IMG/VR virus record: IMGVR_UViG_3300032167_005013
Reading direction: 5' to 3' (one strand)
Length of the DNA: 64,000 nt
From: a virus
Lineage: Duplodnaviria; Heunggongvirae; Uroviricota; Caudoviricetes
The translations under genes and the position numbers were made by a program. Positions 30,500 through 41,205 of this stretch are shown here, in pieces (positions within the stretch are counted from its first letter, which is position 1; every line of letters starts with the position of its first letter). The notes below the pieces were generated by a model that saw only the letters and a list, made by a program, of their open reading frames with translations, searched no databases and was not told the origin of the DNA.

Positions 30500-30670
30500 T
30501 AAAGATGTAGTGTCAAGCACCGTATGTAAAATTCTAAGAAAATCTACCTTTCCTATATTTTACTTCTTATTTCAACGAACCACTGCTTTTTAGAAGGCAT
30601 TGCCTCGGTCATCCACAGTTAGGTTCTCCATAAGCGTATATTCGGTGCTACGGACACCTATTATTCTTTC
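30500..30670 (-). ncRNA. Putative TnpB omegaRNA scaffold plus flanking guide
   Basis: Overlaps the tnpB 3' end and the right end; expected location from TnpB biology; boundaries approximate. Confidence 0.5.
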
Positions 30671-31789
30671 TCCCTCTAATAAGATATTCATCGCTGCATT
30701 TATATCCCTGTCATGATGTTCGCCACATTGTGGACATGTCCATTCCCTGTCACTTAACTTCAAATCATGTTTCTTATATCCACAAACTGAACATGTTTTA
30801 CTGCTTGGATAGAATCTATCAACAAATATTACTTGTTTTCCGTTATTGAATGCTTTATCAACAAGTATTGATTTAAATCTATAAAATCCTACTTCTTGTA
30901 TCGCTTTCGCTAACTTATGATTCTTTAACATTCCACTAACATTTAAGTCTTCCATGAAGATTACATCATAATATATAAGCAATTCATTTACTACACTATG
31001 AATATAATTCTCTTTCTGATTGTTTAACTTCTCAAATGCCTTTGCAAGTTTGATTCTTGCTTTATTTCTGTTATTAGAACCTTTTTGTTTCTTTGATAAT
31101 TGATGTTGGAGTTTTGCTATCTTCTGTTCTTGTAATTTATAGAAATGTTTATTTTCAAACACTTCACCATCACTTGTAATTACAAAATCTTTAACTCCTA
31201 AGTCAATACCAACATGTTCATCAGTTAATTTGAATTTAACAACTTCTTCATTTGGTAACTCAATTAAGATAGATAAGAAGAAATTACCACTCTTGGTTTT
31301 CGATAAGGTAGCACTTCTTATTCCATCACGATATTGTCTGAGTCTGTTGTGATTCAAATCAGAACATCTGAAACGAATATCTTTTAAAGGTTGTGTCAAC
31401 GTTATTTTTCTTGTTTCAAATGTATTCTTCTTTGAAATCGCTTCAAGTGGGAATAACGCTGACTGTTTATCTTTTTTACTTTTGAATTTTGGGAAACCAT
31501 TATGTTGTTTAAAGAACTTCTCATAAGCAGATAGCATCTGCCTTATTGACTGTTTCATTATCTTTGTGTTTTCTTCTTTCAACCATGAGTATTGTTCATC
31601 CTTCAATAGTTCATTATGAAAATACTTTGATAAATCAGTTAAACCTAATGATTTCTTATTTTCAGTATATTCTTGTTGTTTACGAGCAAGTGTTTGATTA
31701 TAAACAAAACGGTAACACCCCAATACTTTATTCAGTTTCAGTTCTTGCTCCTTATTTGGATATAATCTTATTTTAATTGCTCTTAACAT
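30590..31789 (-). CDS. tnpB: TnpB RNA-guided endonuclease
   Basis: KIRLYPN; GIDLG; EDL; SSKTCSVCG...CPQCG..HDRDINAA. Confidence 0.95.
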   Translation of the reverse strand: MLRAIKIRLYPNKEQELKLNKVLGCYRFVYNQTLARKQQEYTENKKSLGLTDLSKYFHNELLKDEQYSWLKEENTKIMKQSIRQMLSAYEKFFKQHNGFPKFKSKKDKQSALFPLEAISKKNTFETRKITLTQPLKDIRFRCSDLNHNRLRQYRDGIRSATLSKTKSGNFFLSILIELPNEEVVKFKLTDEHVGIDLGVKDFVITSDGEVFENKHFYKLQEQKIAKLQHQLSKKQKGSNNRNKARIKLAKAFEKLNNQKENYIHSVVNELLIYYDVIFMEDLNVSGMLKNHKLAKAIQEVGFYRFKSILVDKAFNNGKQVIFVDRFYPSSKTCSVCGYKKHDLKLSDREWTCPQCGEHHDRDINAAMNILLEGERIIGVRSTEYTLMENLTVDDRGNAF

Positions 31790-31986
31790 TATTCTTTTTA
31801 TATTTCTCCTAAAATTATTTTTCTTTGTATTTCGTAGTTAACTCGATGATTTCAGTTTTTTGGGATAATCTATCACTAAGTTCTTTACTTATCTCGTGTA
31901 ACATTTTATTAATATATGGTTCATCATTAATGTATCCGTTTTTCTTTAAATCATCATACATTTCCTTTGTGAACTCTGCCATATCG

Positions 31987-32604
31987 CTATTCCCCCATAT
32001 TCTTTTTCTTTCTTCTTTCAGCACTTCGCTTACCATAGAATTTACCTGAGAAACTTGCCAATAAAGACATCATGTCAGCAGCAAGTTCTTCCTCATTTGA
32101 TACATCTAAACCATTTATAACAATAACCTCACATCCATAACTTTCAAACATTTTCTTTATGAATTTGAATTGGAATCGTGTAAGTCTGTCTTTATGTTCA
32201 ATAACCAATTTATTAACCTTTCCTTGTATAATCAAATCAGTTAATCTGATGAATCCACTTCTATTATCATTTAAACCACTACCAACATCTTTAATGATAT
32301 GCGTAACTAAAAGTCCTTTCTTAGCACAATACTCTGATAATCTTTGTGATTGTCTATCCAAATCTCCTTTTTGCTTTTGTTCATGAGAACTAACCCTTGC
32401 ATATGTTGCACAAACAATAGGTTTGGCTTCAGTTTCTTTCACTTCTTTACCAAGAAATTCATCAAGTGCATCAGTATCATATCTTCTATGTCCACCAGCA
32501 GTTTCAAGAGGTTTCAGTTTATTTGCTTTATCCCACTTTCTTAGAGTATCTTGAGATACATTGAGATATTGTGCTGCTTCTCCAATTTTCAGTAATCTTC
32601 CCAT
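31987..32604 (-). CDS. tnpA: IS607 serine recombinase transposase
   Basis: MerR-like HTH (TAGGHRRY); YARVSS; DVGSG; DRLTRF. Confidence 0.95.
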   Translation of the reverse strand: MGRLLKIGEAAQYLNVSQDTLRKWDKANKLKPLETAGGHRRYDTDALDEFLGKEVKETEAKPIVCATYARVSSHEQKQKGDLDRQSQRLSEYCAKKGLLVTHIIKDVGSGLNDNRSGFIRLTDLIIQGKVNKLVIEHKDRLTRFQFKFIKKMFESYGCEVIVINGLDVSNEEELAADMMSLLASFSGKFYGKRSAERRKKKNMGE

Positions 32605-33021
32605 TATATCTCATTTTTTTCTATTTTATTAAGTGTATTCAATACAGTTTCTCTTGCATTATCAAGTAATGCTTGGAATTCTTCTACTGTTATACTTGAA
32701 TCAATAACAAATGTATGTTCATAAACATCCCCATTTTCAAGAGTATAATTTGTTTCCGTTACATCAACTACTTTCATTTGCATATTTTGCAACACTTTCT
32801 TTACATTATTTATTTTTGTGTTCATATATAAATATCTTTAACTTTACAAAAATACTAAAAATCTTTCATAAAAACAAATATTTTTTCTTAATTTTTCTCA
32901 GTTTTTAAATGAACAGTTATCCACCCTCCTTTAGGTGGGTGTAGTTGACAGAAATATCCTCTATTATCTTTATACACCTGAGGCTCAATGATTTTAACCT
33001 CAGGTATTGCTATATCAATAA

Positions 33022-34032
33022 CTAACATTTTTCAAACATATCTTTAACAGTTATTTCAATTCCCTTTTCAAAATCCATTTCAGGCTTCCAACCCAGTTCC
33101 CTCTGCAATTTGGAACTGTCAATGGCATATCTGAAATCATGGCCGGGTCTGTCAGTGACATAAGTTATCAGGTTATTAGAATATCCTTCAGGATGTCCAA
33201 GAAACCTGTCGGTAACCTTAATCAACGTCCTTACCATATCAATATTAGTGACTTCATTATTTCCGCCGATGTTATATGTCTCTCCGGTTTTTCCTTTATG
33301 GAAAATCATGTCAATGGCACGGACATGGTCTCCCACATACAGCCAATCCCTTATATTTGTACCATCGCCATATACTGGAATCTTTTCATTGTTCACAATC
33401 TTGGTAATCACAAGGGGAATCAATTTTTCGGGATATTGGTTAGGGCCATAGTTGTTGGAACAGTTTGAAATAACAGTTGGTAAACCATATGTATCGTGAT
33501 ATGCTCTAACAAAATGGTCGGATGATGCCTTGGAAGCACTGTATGGACTATGAGGCTCATATCTATTATCTTCTGTAAAAGGAACACCATCAGCATCCAA
33601 TGCCCCATATACTTCATCAGTAGATACATGGTAGAACAATTTGCCATCAAAACCGTCAGGACATTCCTTCCAATAGGTAAGTGCAGCATGAAGAAGAGAA
33701 AGTGTTCCCATTACATTGGTCTTTGCAAATACAAACGGGTCCTTAATTGAATTGTCAACATGGGATTCCGCAGCAAGATGGATTACGCCACTCACCTTCC
33801 AATTTCTCATGAAAGCCAATATGTTGTCATAATCACAAATGTCTGTTTTAGAGAAGAAGAAATTATCTTTTCTCTTCACCTCCTTAAGGTTATTAAGATT
33901 TCCTGCATATGTCAGGTTATCAACAACCAATATATTATATTCAGGATATTTGTTAACAAAATAGTTAACAAGATTACTACCAATGAAACCGCAGCCACCG
34001 GTAATCATAATTGTCTTTCTATCTTTCGCCAT
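33022..34032 (-). CDS. rfbB: dTDP-glucose 4,6-dehydratase
   Basis: TGGCGFIGS; HLAAESHVD; STDEVYG; YSASK. Confidence 0.95.
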   Translation of the reverse strand: MAKDRKTIMITGGCGFIGSNLVNYFVNKYPEYNILVVDNLTYAGNLNNLKEVKRKDNFFFSKTDICDYDNILAFMRNWKVSGVIHLAAESHVDNSIKDPFVFAKTNVMGTLSLLHAALTYWKECPDGFDGKLFYHVSTDEVYGALDADGVPFTEDNRYEPHSPYSASKASSDHFVRAYHDTYGLPTVISNCSNNYGPNQYPEKLIPLVITKIVNNEKIPVYGDGTNIRDWLYVGDHVRAIDMIFHKGKTGETYNIGGNNEVTNIDMVRTLIKVTDRFLGHPEGYSNNLITYVTDRPGHDFRYAIDSSKLQRELGWKPEMDFEKGIEITVKDMFEKC

Positions 34033-34035
34033 ATC

Positions 34036-34794
34036 TTAAAACTTGAATTTTCTTAACTGCGATTTATGGACGAAAACACGTTCAACCCTAACATTCTGTG
34101 CAACACCCATCTTAGTTGTGCCCATACCATCTTTTCTTGCTTTCTCCCATATACAGACAAAATCAGAAGGTGCTGAATATTCCGACACCATTATCTTATG
34201 CCCCTTATCACACATTCCACGGCACCACTCCCAAAACAGTTCATTATCAAACCCGTTCTTATTGTATCCTTTAGTTGATGCATAAGGCGGGTCACAATAG
34301 ATAAAAGAATTCTTAGGGTATTCCAATGTTCTATAATCACCATGCACAAATGTACAACTATCAAGGCCAATGAAACTGTTTATATGTTTCAAAAGTCCTC
34401 GTCGTGCCTCAGCAATATGGTCCTCATTTCTGTTAGGATTAAAATGTGCATATCCATTCCACCATCCACATCCGTTTGAACAGGCATTTCCCACGTAACC
34501 AAGGAGGGCTGAATCATATTTCCCACTATTGGTTAAACAATCTTCGCGCATTGCCTTGTATTCGGTTTCAGTAACTCTCTCAGGTATTTTAAATGTATTG
34601 TTTTGAATTGCTTTCCACATGGCAATTACATGTGGATTAATATCCATTGCAATTTTATTGTCGTGGTTTATTACCGCAAATGAATTCATTCCACCGCCAA
34701 ACGGCTCAATATAAGCCTGACACTCATCAAGATTTCTCTCAATGAGTGCTTTTAAGTTTTTCATCAAACCTCTTTTACTTCCTTGATATCTCAT
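34036..34794 (-). CDS. DNA adenine methyltransferase (D12 class)
   Basis: YQGSK; EPFGGG; YCDPPY. Confidence 0.85.
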   Translation of the reverse strand: MRYQGSKRGLMKNLKALIERNLDECQAYIEPFGGGMNSFAVINHDNKIAMDINPHVIAMWKAIQNNTFKIPERVTETEYKAMREDCLTNSGKYDSALLGYVGNACSNGCGWWNGYAHFNPNRNEDHIAEARRGLLKHINSFIGLDSCTFVHGDYRTLEYPKNSFIYCDPPYASTKGYNKNGFDNELFWEWCRGMCDKGHKIMVSEYSAPSDFVCIWEKARKDGMGTTKMGVAQNVRVERVFVHKSQLRKFKF

Positions 34795-35588
34795 TAAATC
34801 TGTGGGATTATATTGCGGTCCTTAAAAAACGTTCTGTTTGTTTCATCATTAAGCGGAACAGCCGGGAATACCTCAGGGTTATGTCTTGTATATACATCAC
34901 CATTATTGTTGGTAAATTGGGTTTCAACCCTATAGATAAATCTACCGAACTTCCATCTATCAGGATACTTATCCCAATCCTCACCGTTATATTCCTTAAG
35001 TTTTTCAATCTGTTGGTCAACAAGCAATCCCATAAGTTCCTTGTGAGGAAAAAATGTCTGTGCTGTCTGCGCCTTAGAATTCCTGATACAGTCATTCTGT
35101 CTATACAACAACCATGCAACTACATCATTATAAGTTGGAACATTCCACGCCTTGCAATCAAATTCATAAAGGCCAATCTTCTCAGCAATGACCTGAGAAC
35201 CTTCAATACTTGTCCTCAATTCATACTGCATCATCAGATTATTAAACTTTGCAGTTGCCATAGATGCAACAATAGACAATATCTTGGTAAGCCTATATCC
35301 AAAAAATGAGTCTGTTGTTGGCGTTTCGAAATCAGTAATAACAAGAGTGATTTCATCTGACTGTGTATATGCAAATTTACAACCCTGAACATTCTTTACC
35401 AAGTATTTTGCTGTTTCATCCATCATATCAATGAAATCATCATCAAAAGGCTTCGCAAACTTCTTCTTGATTTTGGAAGAAAAACTTCTTCCATCAAGCA
35501 TTACCAACACATAAGAGTTAGGCATAAGCCTATAATCCGTAAGACTACGAAAATACTCACATTTCTCTTTTAAACTATCAAACTGCAT
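34794..35588 (-). CDS. thg1: tRNA-His guanylyltransferase-like (Thg1/TLP) 3'-5' polymerase
   Basis: MLDGRSFS...KPFD...YTQSDEI...FDC...RQND. Confidence 0.9.
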   Translation of the reverse strand: MQFDSLKEKCEYFRSLTDYRLMPNSYVLVMLDGRSFSSKIKKKFAKPFDDDFIDMMDETAKYLVKNVQGCKFAYTQSDEITLVITDFETPTTDSFFGYRLTKILSIVASMATAKFNNLMMQYELRTSIEGSQVIAEKIGLYEFDCKAWNVPTYNDVVAWLLYRQNDCIRNSKAQTAQTFFPHKELMGLLVDQQIEKLKEYNGEDWDKYPDRWKFGRFIYRVETQFTNNNGDVYTRHNPEVFPAVPLNDETNRTFFKDRNIIPQI

Positions 35589-35783
35589 ATAAATCTGTTT
35601 TTAAAATATTCAAACCAAAATATTACAAATACCGTGCCAAACTTTTACAAATATTTTTCTTCACTGTATTTTTTGCAAAAATAGAAAAAAGAAATGTAAA
35701 AAACAAATAAAAAAAAGAAACCACTCATTACGAGTGGTTTCTTAAAACAAGGTGAGATAGAACAAACACTCTACACCAGACTT

Positions 35784-36398
35784 CTATTTTACATCTTTAT
35801 ATAAATATGTAAATATTTCATAATCGTATATAAAATTTTTCATAATTAATTTATTATTTCGTATTGGCTGCCCATCAAAATGACATTGTATAAAACAAAC
35901 CCTAACGCCAAACGTAAATCTCCAATCATCAGGTAATTCTCCACTGGTCCCACCATCAAACAGTCTTTTGGCATTTGTTTCATAATTATATATTCTTCTA
36001 TGAGGTTTGATAACATAAATATCAACTGACTGTTCAATCTCAGCAAAATGAGGGTATAAGTTACCTCTTTCGTTTGGGTTATTATAGCCGCCTATTATTT
36101 CAATAGCAACATAAAAATTATTATCAATTAAATAATCATCAATTGCATCGAAAGAAACTGTTACTACTAATATTCCACCACTATTAAATTGCGCTTCTAC
36201 ACTATATTTTGTTGTTTCATCAAAATGCCATCCCGCTTCCGGATAATCAGGAGATACATAAAAAACTTCGTATTCATTAGGATTAACTTCACGTACACAT
36301 ACGCTTTCACCGTACCATTGTTGATTCCTTGCCTTGTCAACAATATGGCTGTATCCATCGTATTTTCTTATATATTTTCCCATAACACAATTACACAT
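35784..36398 (-). CDS. Hypothetical protein
   Basis: ORF followed by hairpin terminator at ~35716-35742. Confidence 0.55.
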   Translation of the reverse strand: MCNCVMGKYIRKYDGYSHIVDKARNQQWYGESVCVREVNPNEYEVFYVSPDYPEAGWHFDETTKYSVEAQFNSGGILVVTVSFDAIDDYLIDNNFYVAIEIIGGYNNPNERGNLYPHFAEIEQSVDIYVIKPHRRIYNYETNAKRLFDGGTSGELPDDWRFTFGVRVCFIQCHFDGQPIRNNKLIMKNFIYDYEIFTYLYKDVK

Positions 36399-36454
36399 GT
36401 TCTAATATTTAACATTAGAACATGTGTAAAACTACTAATATTTTTCAAAAAAAG

Positions 36455-37651
36455 TTATTCTACTCCAACGAGATACTTATAGACCTCAATTTCATGTGGG
36501 TCTCCCATTGCTTTCGTAGGCACATCGGATAACTTAACACAATTATACACAGGCTGTCGAGGATTAACCTGAAACTTGGTAAGTTTGCAGACGATATTCA
36601 TCGGTTTGATTCTGACACCACAATCAACATCATAAAGATTATTCGACAAATTGGTTCCAATTCCAAACGATACTTTTATCCTGTTTTCAAAATGTTTCTT
36701 CAATTCAGCACACTTCTCAAAAGTAAGGGCATCTGAAAAAACAATTGTCTTGCTCATAGGGTCAATACCATATGATTCATATTTCTTGATTATCTTTTCA
36801 CCGAACTCAATAGGGTCTCCCGAGTCATGACGCACTCCATCGAACAACTTTGCGTTCTTCCTTGAAAACTGTCTCAAGAACTCGTCAACTGTATATGTAT
36901 CAGTGAGGACTGTACCGAGATTACCGTCATATACCTTACTCCAATTTTCCATCACAATATGATTTGCCTCCTTAGGCGAAGTTACTGCTGCAGTTGCCAT
37001 AAACATTTCATGGGCCATTGTTCCCATAGGCTTCAAACCATATTTCTTCGCAAAATAGACATTGGATGTTCCCACGCAATTAGCGCATTTTTTTGAAAGA
37101 TACTCACACACAGCGTCTTGTACATCGAAAGAATAACGTCTGCGGGTTCCAAACTCCATGAATTTGAAATCTTCGGTCATTGCAATTTGACAGTTCTTTC
37201 TGAGAGGCTCATGAACCTGATAGTTAAAATCTCCCAAATTTATTGCATAATATTTGTAATAGATTTCAGATACTGTTGCAAGAATAGGAATTTCATATAA
37301 TGAAACTTTATATATCACATCAGTGACATTAATATGAAGATGCTGTTCCTCATCAAGCCATGCGTTAATCTTATTATGGTCAAAACGGAATGTCTTAAGC
37401 CATTCCCAGTAATGTCTTGGGATATATGGAATGTTTTCAATACACCACTCGCACTCTTCGTCAGTGAGGGCAAGGACATCAAGGTCCATAAATGCATTTT
37501 GTAGTGTAATCAGAAACATCTGATTAAATTTCATGCCATTTCGGTCCTTAAATGTAAATGTTCCTCTTGCTTCAGGATACATTTGCTGATAATAATAATT
37601 CATTGACAGTTTATATAAATCATTGTCCAGTATCGATTTAATTGTACTCAT
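36455..37651 (-). CDS. pncB: Nicotinate phosphoribosyltransferase
   Basis: DNDLYKLSM; EFGTRRRYS; GTSNV; GTMAHE; GVRHDSGDP; FGIGT. Confidence 0.93.
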   Translation of the reverse strand: MSTIKSILDNDLYKLSMNYYYQQMYPEARGTFTFKDRNGMKFNQMFLITLQNAFMDLDVLALTDEECEWCIENIPYIPRHYWEWLKTFRFDHNKINAWLDEEQHLHINVTDVIYKVSLYEIPILATVSEIYYKYYAINLGDFNYQVHEPLRKNCQIAMTEDFKFMEFGTRRRYSFDVQDAVCEYLSKKCANCVGTSNVYFAKKYGLKPMGTMAHEMFMATAAVTSPKEANHIVMENWSKVYDGNLGTVLTDTYTVDEFLRQFSRKNAKLFDGVRHDSGDPIEFGEKIIKKYESYGIDPMSKTIVFSDALTFEKCAELKKHFENRIKVSFGIGTNLSNNLYDVDCGVRIKPMNIVCKLTKFQVNPRQPVYNCVKLSDVPTKAMGDPHEIEVYKYLVGVE

Positions 37652-37849
37652 AATATTTCGTTTTTAAAGTAAATCAAAAAAATTTTCGTCTATTATTCTT
37701 GATGAAGATAAGTGTAAGGTTCTACCTCTTCACTTTTTTTCTTAATATAATCTTTGCACCTATAAAATCTCAGGTGTTTCATGCAATACCCAACATAGGC
37801 GCATGTTTCGCACAGGGATATCTTTCCCTTTTTGTTTCTCCCGTATAAA

Positions 37850-39717
37850 CTATTGTCTTCCACTGGATGGTTCTATATAACAATTATAAAAAACATCAAA
37901 TGATGTTGAATTAATTTTTGTCTTGCGTTTTCCCTTTTCGGGTTTGGTAACTTCATATTTCACATAAAGTTCTCCCTCCCCATTTTTTCTCAAATCAATG
38001 ACTTTGGCAACAATGTTAGGAGATATCTCATTAAATGGATTATCTTCATGAGGAAAACCTTTCGGTACAATTGTATATTCACTTCCAATGAAAATTGAAT
38101 TCAACGCTTTTAAATAACGCCTTCGCTCTATATAATAACCAATTGCACAGCCACCCAAAACTATCACCGCAAAACCTATCATCACAATAACACCAATTTC
38201 TTTATATCCCATTGTTTATTTCCTCCTCTTGATGTTCAATTGATTTGATTAGAGTCTGAACTCCATCAAGTACACAATCATCATAAGTTTCATAATACAA
38301 TGCCGTGCGATGCTTCAAACCATCACTCATTGTAATATAATACCATTCCCATTTCTTGTCTCCCAGAAAATCGACTTTCACAAATACCTTATGTTCATCA
38401 ATGAGATATTTGAAAGCCTCCCACACTGTAGGGGCATAAACTTCTTCGCCAAGGCCATAGGGTCTGTCAAGTTTCATCGAGGTATCATATATGTCTTCCC
38501 ATTGTAGTTTACCACCACCCCTAACGGTCAAGTCATAAAAACCATCGTCGGTAAGTTCACCATATTTTTCAACGATGTCCTCCCTGATTGTGGTTCTTAC
38601 AGCATAGCATAGTCCGCCCCAAAAAGATTTTGGTTTAAAACCGAGTTTTTGCATTGCCAATGCCGTGTCATAATCAACGTAAATTGTATCCATAATTCAA
38701 AATTTTTCTTATCTTACTGCAAATACCGTGCCAAAGTTCTTATCTTAGAGATAAGATTCTAACGAACTTAAGATAATCGGGGCTTTATCACCCATATAAG
38801 GGCATGCACGAACAGTATTATAGTCAATAAATTCCTGAGCCTCCTCGTAATCCATTCCATCTTTCTCCATAAGATGCTCAATCATCATATTGTAATCATA
38901 GACGATTCTTTCGCTATTGATGTCCCAACCAACAATCGCTGAATCATAATCAGGATTCTCAAAAACTACCGAGTCTTCCAACCCAAGTTCTACTAAAAGT
39001 TCTCTATTTGTCGTTTCCACTTTCATTATTTTTTCTCCATTCGTTTATCATAAAATCAGTTTCTTCATTGATTTTTACCACAGTGTTTCCTTTGGATAGG
39101 AGGTGATTTCTATAACATTTAAGAAATTCTCTAAAATGATGGTCTTCCATCGGAAGAATCCTACACCAATCGTATAACAATTTCTTTTCAATAGATGTGT
39201 CAAACGTTGTATCAATTAACAATACCCCCCTTATTAACACCCCATCAACAATTTTTTCTGAATACGTTACATAGCACCATAACGTATTGCGTTCTCCGCT
39301 TGCAATAATCCTGACAAATGGATTTCTGCTAAAGTCGAATGCCTTATTACCCTCTATATAATCGTCATAATTGATGGAACGATTCCTTAAGGTTGTTTCC
39401 ATGGTATTTCTAAATACCGTATATTTAAAAACAGCATTTTTAAGACATTTTTTAAGTTCTTCTATATCTTTATAATGTATTCCAGTTGTGCAGTCGTATA
39501 CCGTGCTCATTGTAATGTAATGAGTGATATGCTGAGGAAAAGTATTGTTATTAACCAAATCCCATTTATATTTATACAGCCTACGTTCCCATGCCATAAT
39601 ACGGTCAATCAAAGCCTGCTTGTACTTTGCGACCCTCCCATAATCCAACCTTTTTAAAAACTTTCTCATAAAAAAAATTCTTTGATATAATCTTTTCCCA
39701 ACCTTGTCATCTCCCAT
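37850..39717 (-). other. Hypothetical ORFs 37850-38212, 38202-38693, 38745-39026, 39004-39717
   Basis: Abutting minus-strand ORFs. Confidence 0.6.
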
Positions 39718-40280
39718 TTATTAGTCACATCGTTAACATAGATAAAGCCAATTGATTCAAACTCGTCCACAATACTGCTGCCAATAACAGATTTTAAATC
39801 ATTGACATCATCCGACTGCAGTCCCATAATATAAGATAATGCTTCCATTCTTATATTATTGTTTTCGTGAGATAATTCCAATTGATGCAATTGTGATGCT
39901 GTCAATGCCCCAAGTTTCACGAGTTCTTCAGCAATTTTAATCCAATCAACAACTTTATGCCCATAATAGTTTATTAATGGGCAACCTATATTAATATCAT
40001 CAATGAAATAATCTGCGAGTTGTTTCGGCGAAGAAGATGGATGTATAGGGCTCTCATTATAACCGTCAATGGCAATTCCATTGTCAACACAAAAAGAACG
40101 TGCATTGTTCAACGCATTTTCCTCGAAAACCACATTATCCCCTCTGACTGTCCATAAAAAACAATGATGCCCATTTTCGTGAAGCATATTAATAACCTCT
40201 TTAGCATAAGGGACCAATTTGCCCGTATAGGGATATGCATGGGTGGATATTGTATTATCAAAATCTATTCCAAAAACCAT
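39666..40280 (-). CDS. HAD-like hydrolase (BT0820-like)
   Basis: IDFDNTI...LWTVR...K..AD.FIDD. Confidence 0.75.
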   Translation of the reverse strand: MVFGIDFDNTISTHAYPYTGKLVPYAKEVINMLHENGHHCFLWTVRGDNVVFEENALNNARSFCVDNGIAIDGYNESPIHPSSSPKQLADYFIDDINIGCPLINYYGHKVVDWIKIAEELVKLGALTASQLHQLELSHENNNIRMEALSYIMGLQSDDVNDLKSVIGSSIVDEFESIGFIYVNDVTNKWEMTRLGKDYIKEFFL

Positions 40281-40414
40281 ATATTTTTCTTTGTTGCAAA
40301 GATAGGAATATTATTGGTAATAACCAAAAATATTCAGATAAAATATCTATTTTTATACACACATAAAACAATAAACGGGACCTGCTGTGAAGCACATCCC
40401 GTTTTTATTATTTG

Positions 40415-40579
40415 TGAGCCATGAGGGGCTCGAACCCTCATCCCTTGCCCCCGGCAAGTGTTTTTTAATAGTGTTTCAGAAACGGCAAAACTCCATACCG
40501 AATTTCCGGACATTTCAATATTTGAAAACCATTCCCTCAGCATATGCTGATACCACCAACCAATTAAATCCAATGGCTC
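40415..40579 (-). ncRNA. tRNA-like RNA (acceptor and T arm) with a large internal domain
   Basis: gagccat/atggctc plus A; gaggg-ttcgagc-ccctc. Confidence 0.55.
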
Positions 40580-40591
40580 GAAGTTTTTTCG

Positions 40592-40672
40592 TGCGGATGA
40601 AGGGACTCGAACCCCCACGCCTTTCGGCAACAGGTTTTGAATCTGTCGTGGCTACCATTACACCACATCCGC
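40592..40672 (-). tRNA. tRNA-Leu(CAA)
   Basis: acaga-ttcaaaa-cctgt; long variable arm. Confidence 0.9.
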
Positions 40673-40867
40673 ATAAAACTCCGATTAAAGCACCGCTCGG
40701 AGCAACACGTCCAACCAACGATTTGGCCAAGGGCTTGACTTACATGCACATAGATATGATGAACAGGGACTATAAGGGATTCTTACCATATAGTTTGAAC
40801 ATCCTATGACAAAGCCTTGTCGTTTCGTTTCCACCTTAACCGCGAATCCGGTGGACTAACTTTAGTC

Positions 40868-41191
40868 TTAAATATATGCCTCCCAATAGGTAACAACAAA
40901 ATCAAGTGTGATTGAATCAACTTCCCCTTTTTCTGTTGTTATTCTTATTTTGAACGGACCGCAATGGGAATAGAAAGTATCTCCTTTATAATCTCCGAGT
41001 CTTCCTAACAACCCATATATCATATTTCTTGCGTCTTCTCTTAAATAGGTTTCATCAGGAATGCCCCTATTTTCAAGGTCACCTCCCATATAAACCTCCC
41101 AATTAAGAAGTTGCATTGTCTTCGCAACTTTATTGAAATCAAAATTATCCATGATTTCATTAACAAGTTGCTGTGTTTTACTTATTTCCAT
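40868..41191 (-). CDS. Hypothetical phage protein
   Basis: IMDNFDFNKVAKTMQLLNWE motif. Confidence 0.7.
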   Translation of the reverse strand: MEISKTQQLVNEIMDNFDFNKVAKTMQLLNWEVYMGGDLENRGIPDETYLREDARNMIYGLLGRLGDYKGDTFYSHCGPFKIRITTEKGEVDSITLDFVVTYWEAYI

Positions 41192-41205
41192 ATTTTTTAA
41201 AATTG

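Larger units (their letters stand above)
30522..32925 (-). mobile_element. IS607-family element (tnpA + tnpB + two 73-aa cargo ORFs)
   Basis: Serine recombinase plus TnpB; GG core at both junctions; flanks rejoin to the sequence seen intact at ~24592-24624. Confidence 0.85.

Noticed and set aside
40415-40579. tmRNA
   Set aside because: No G3:U70 pair, too short, and no evident tag reading frame.
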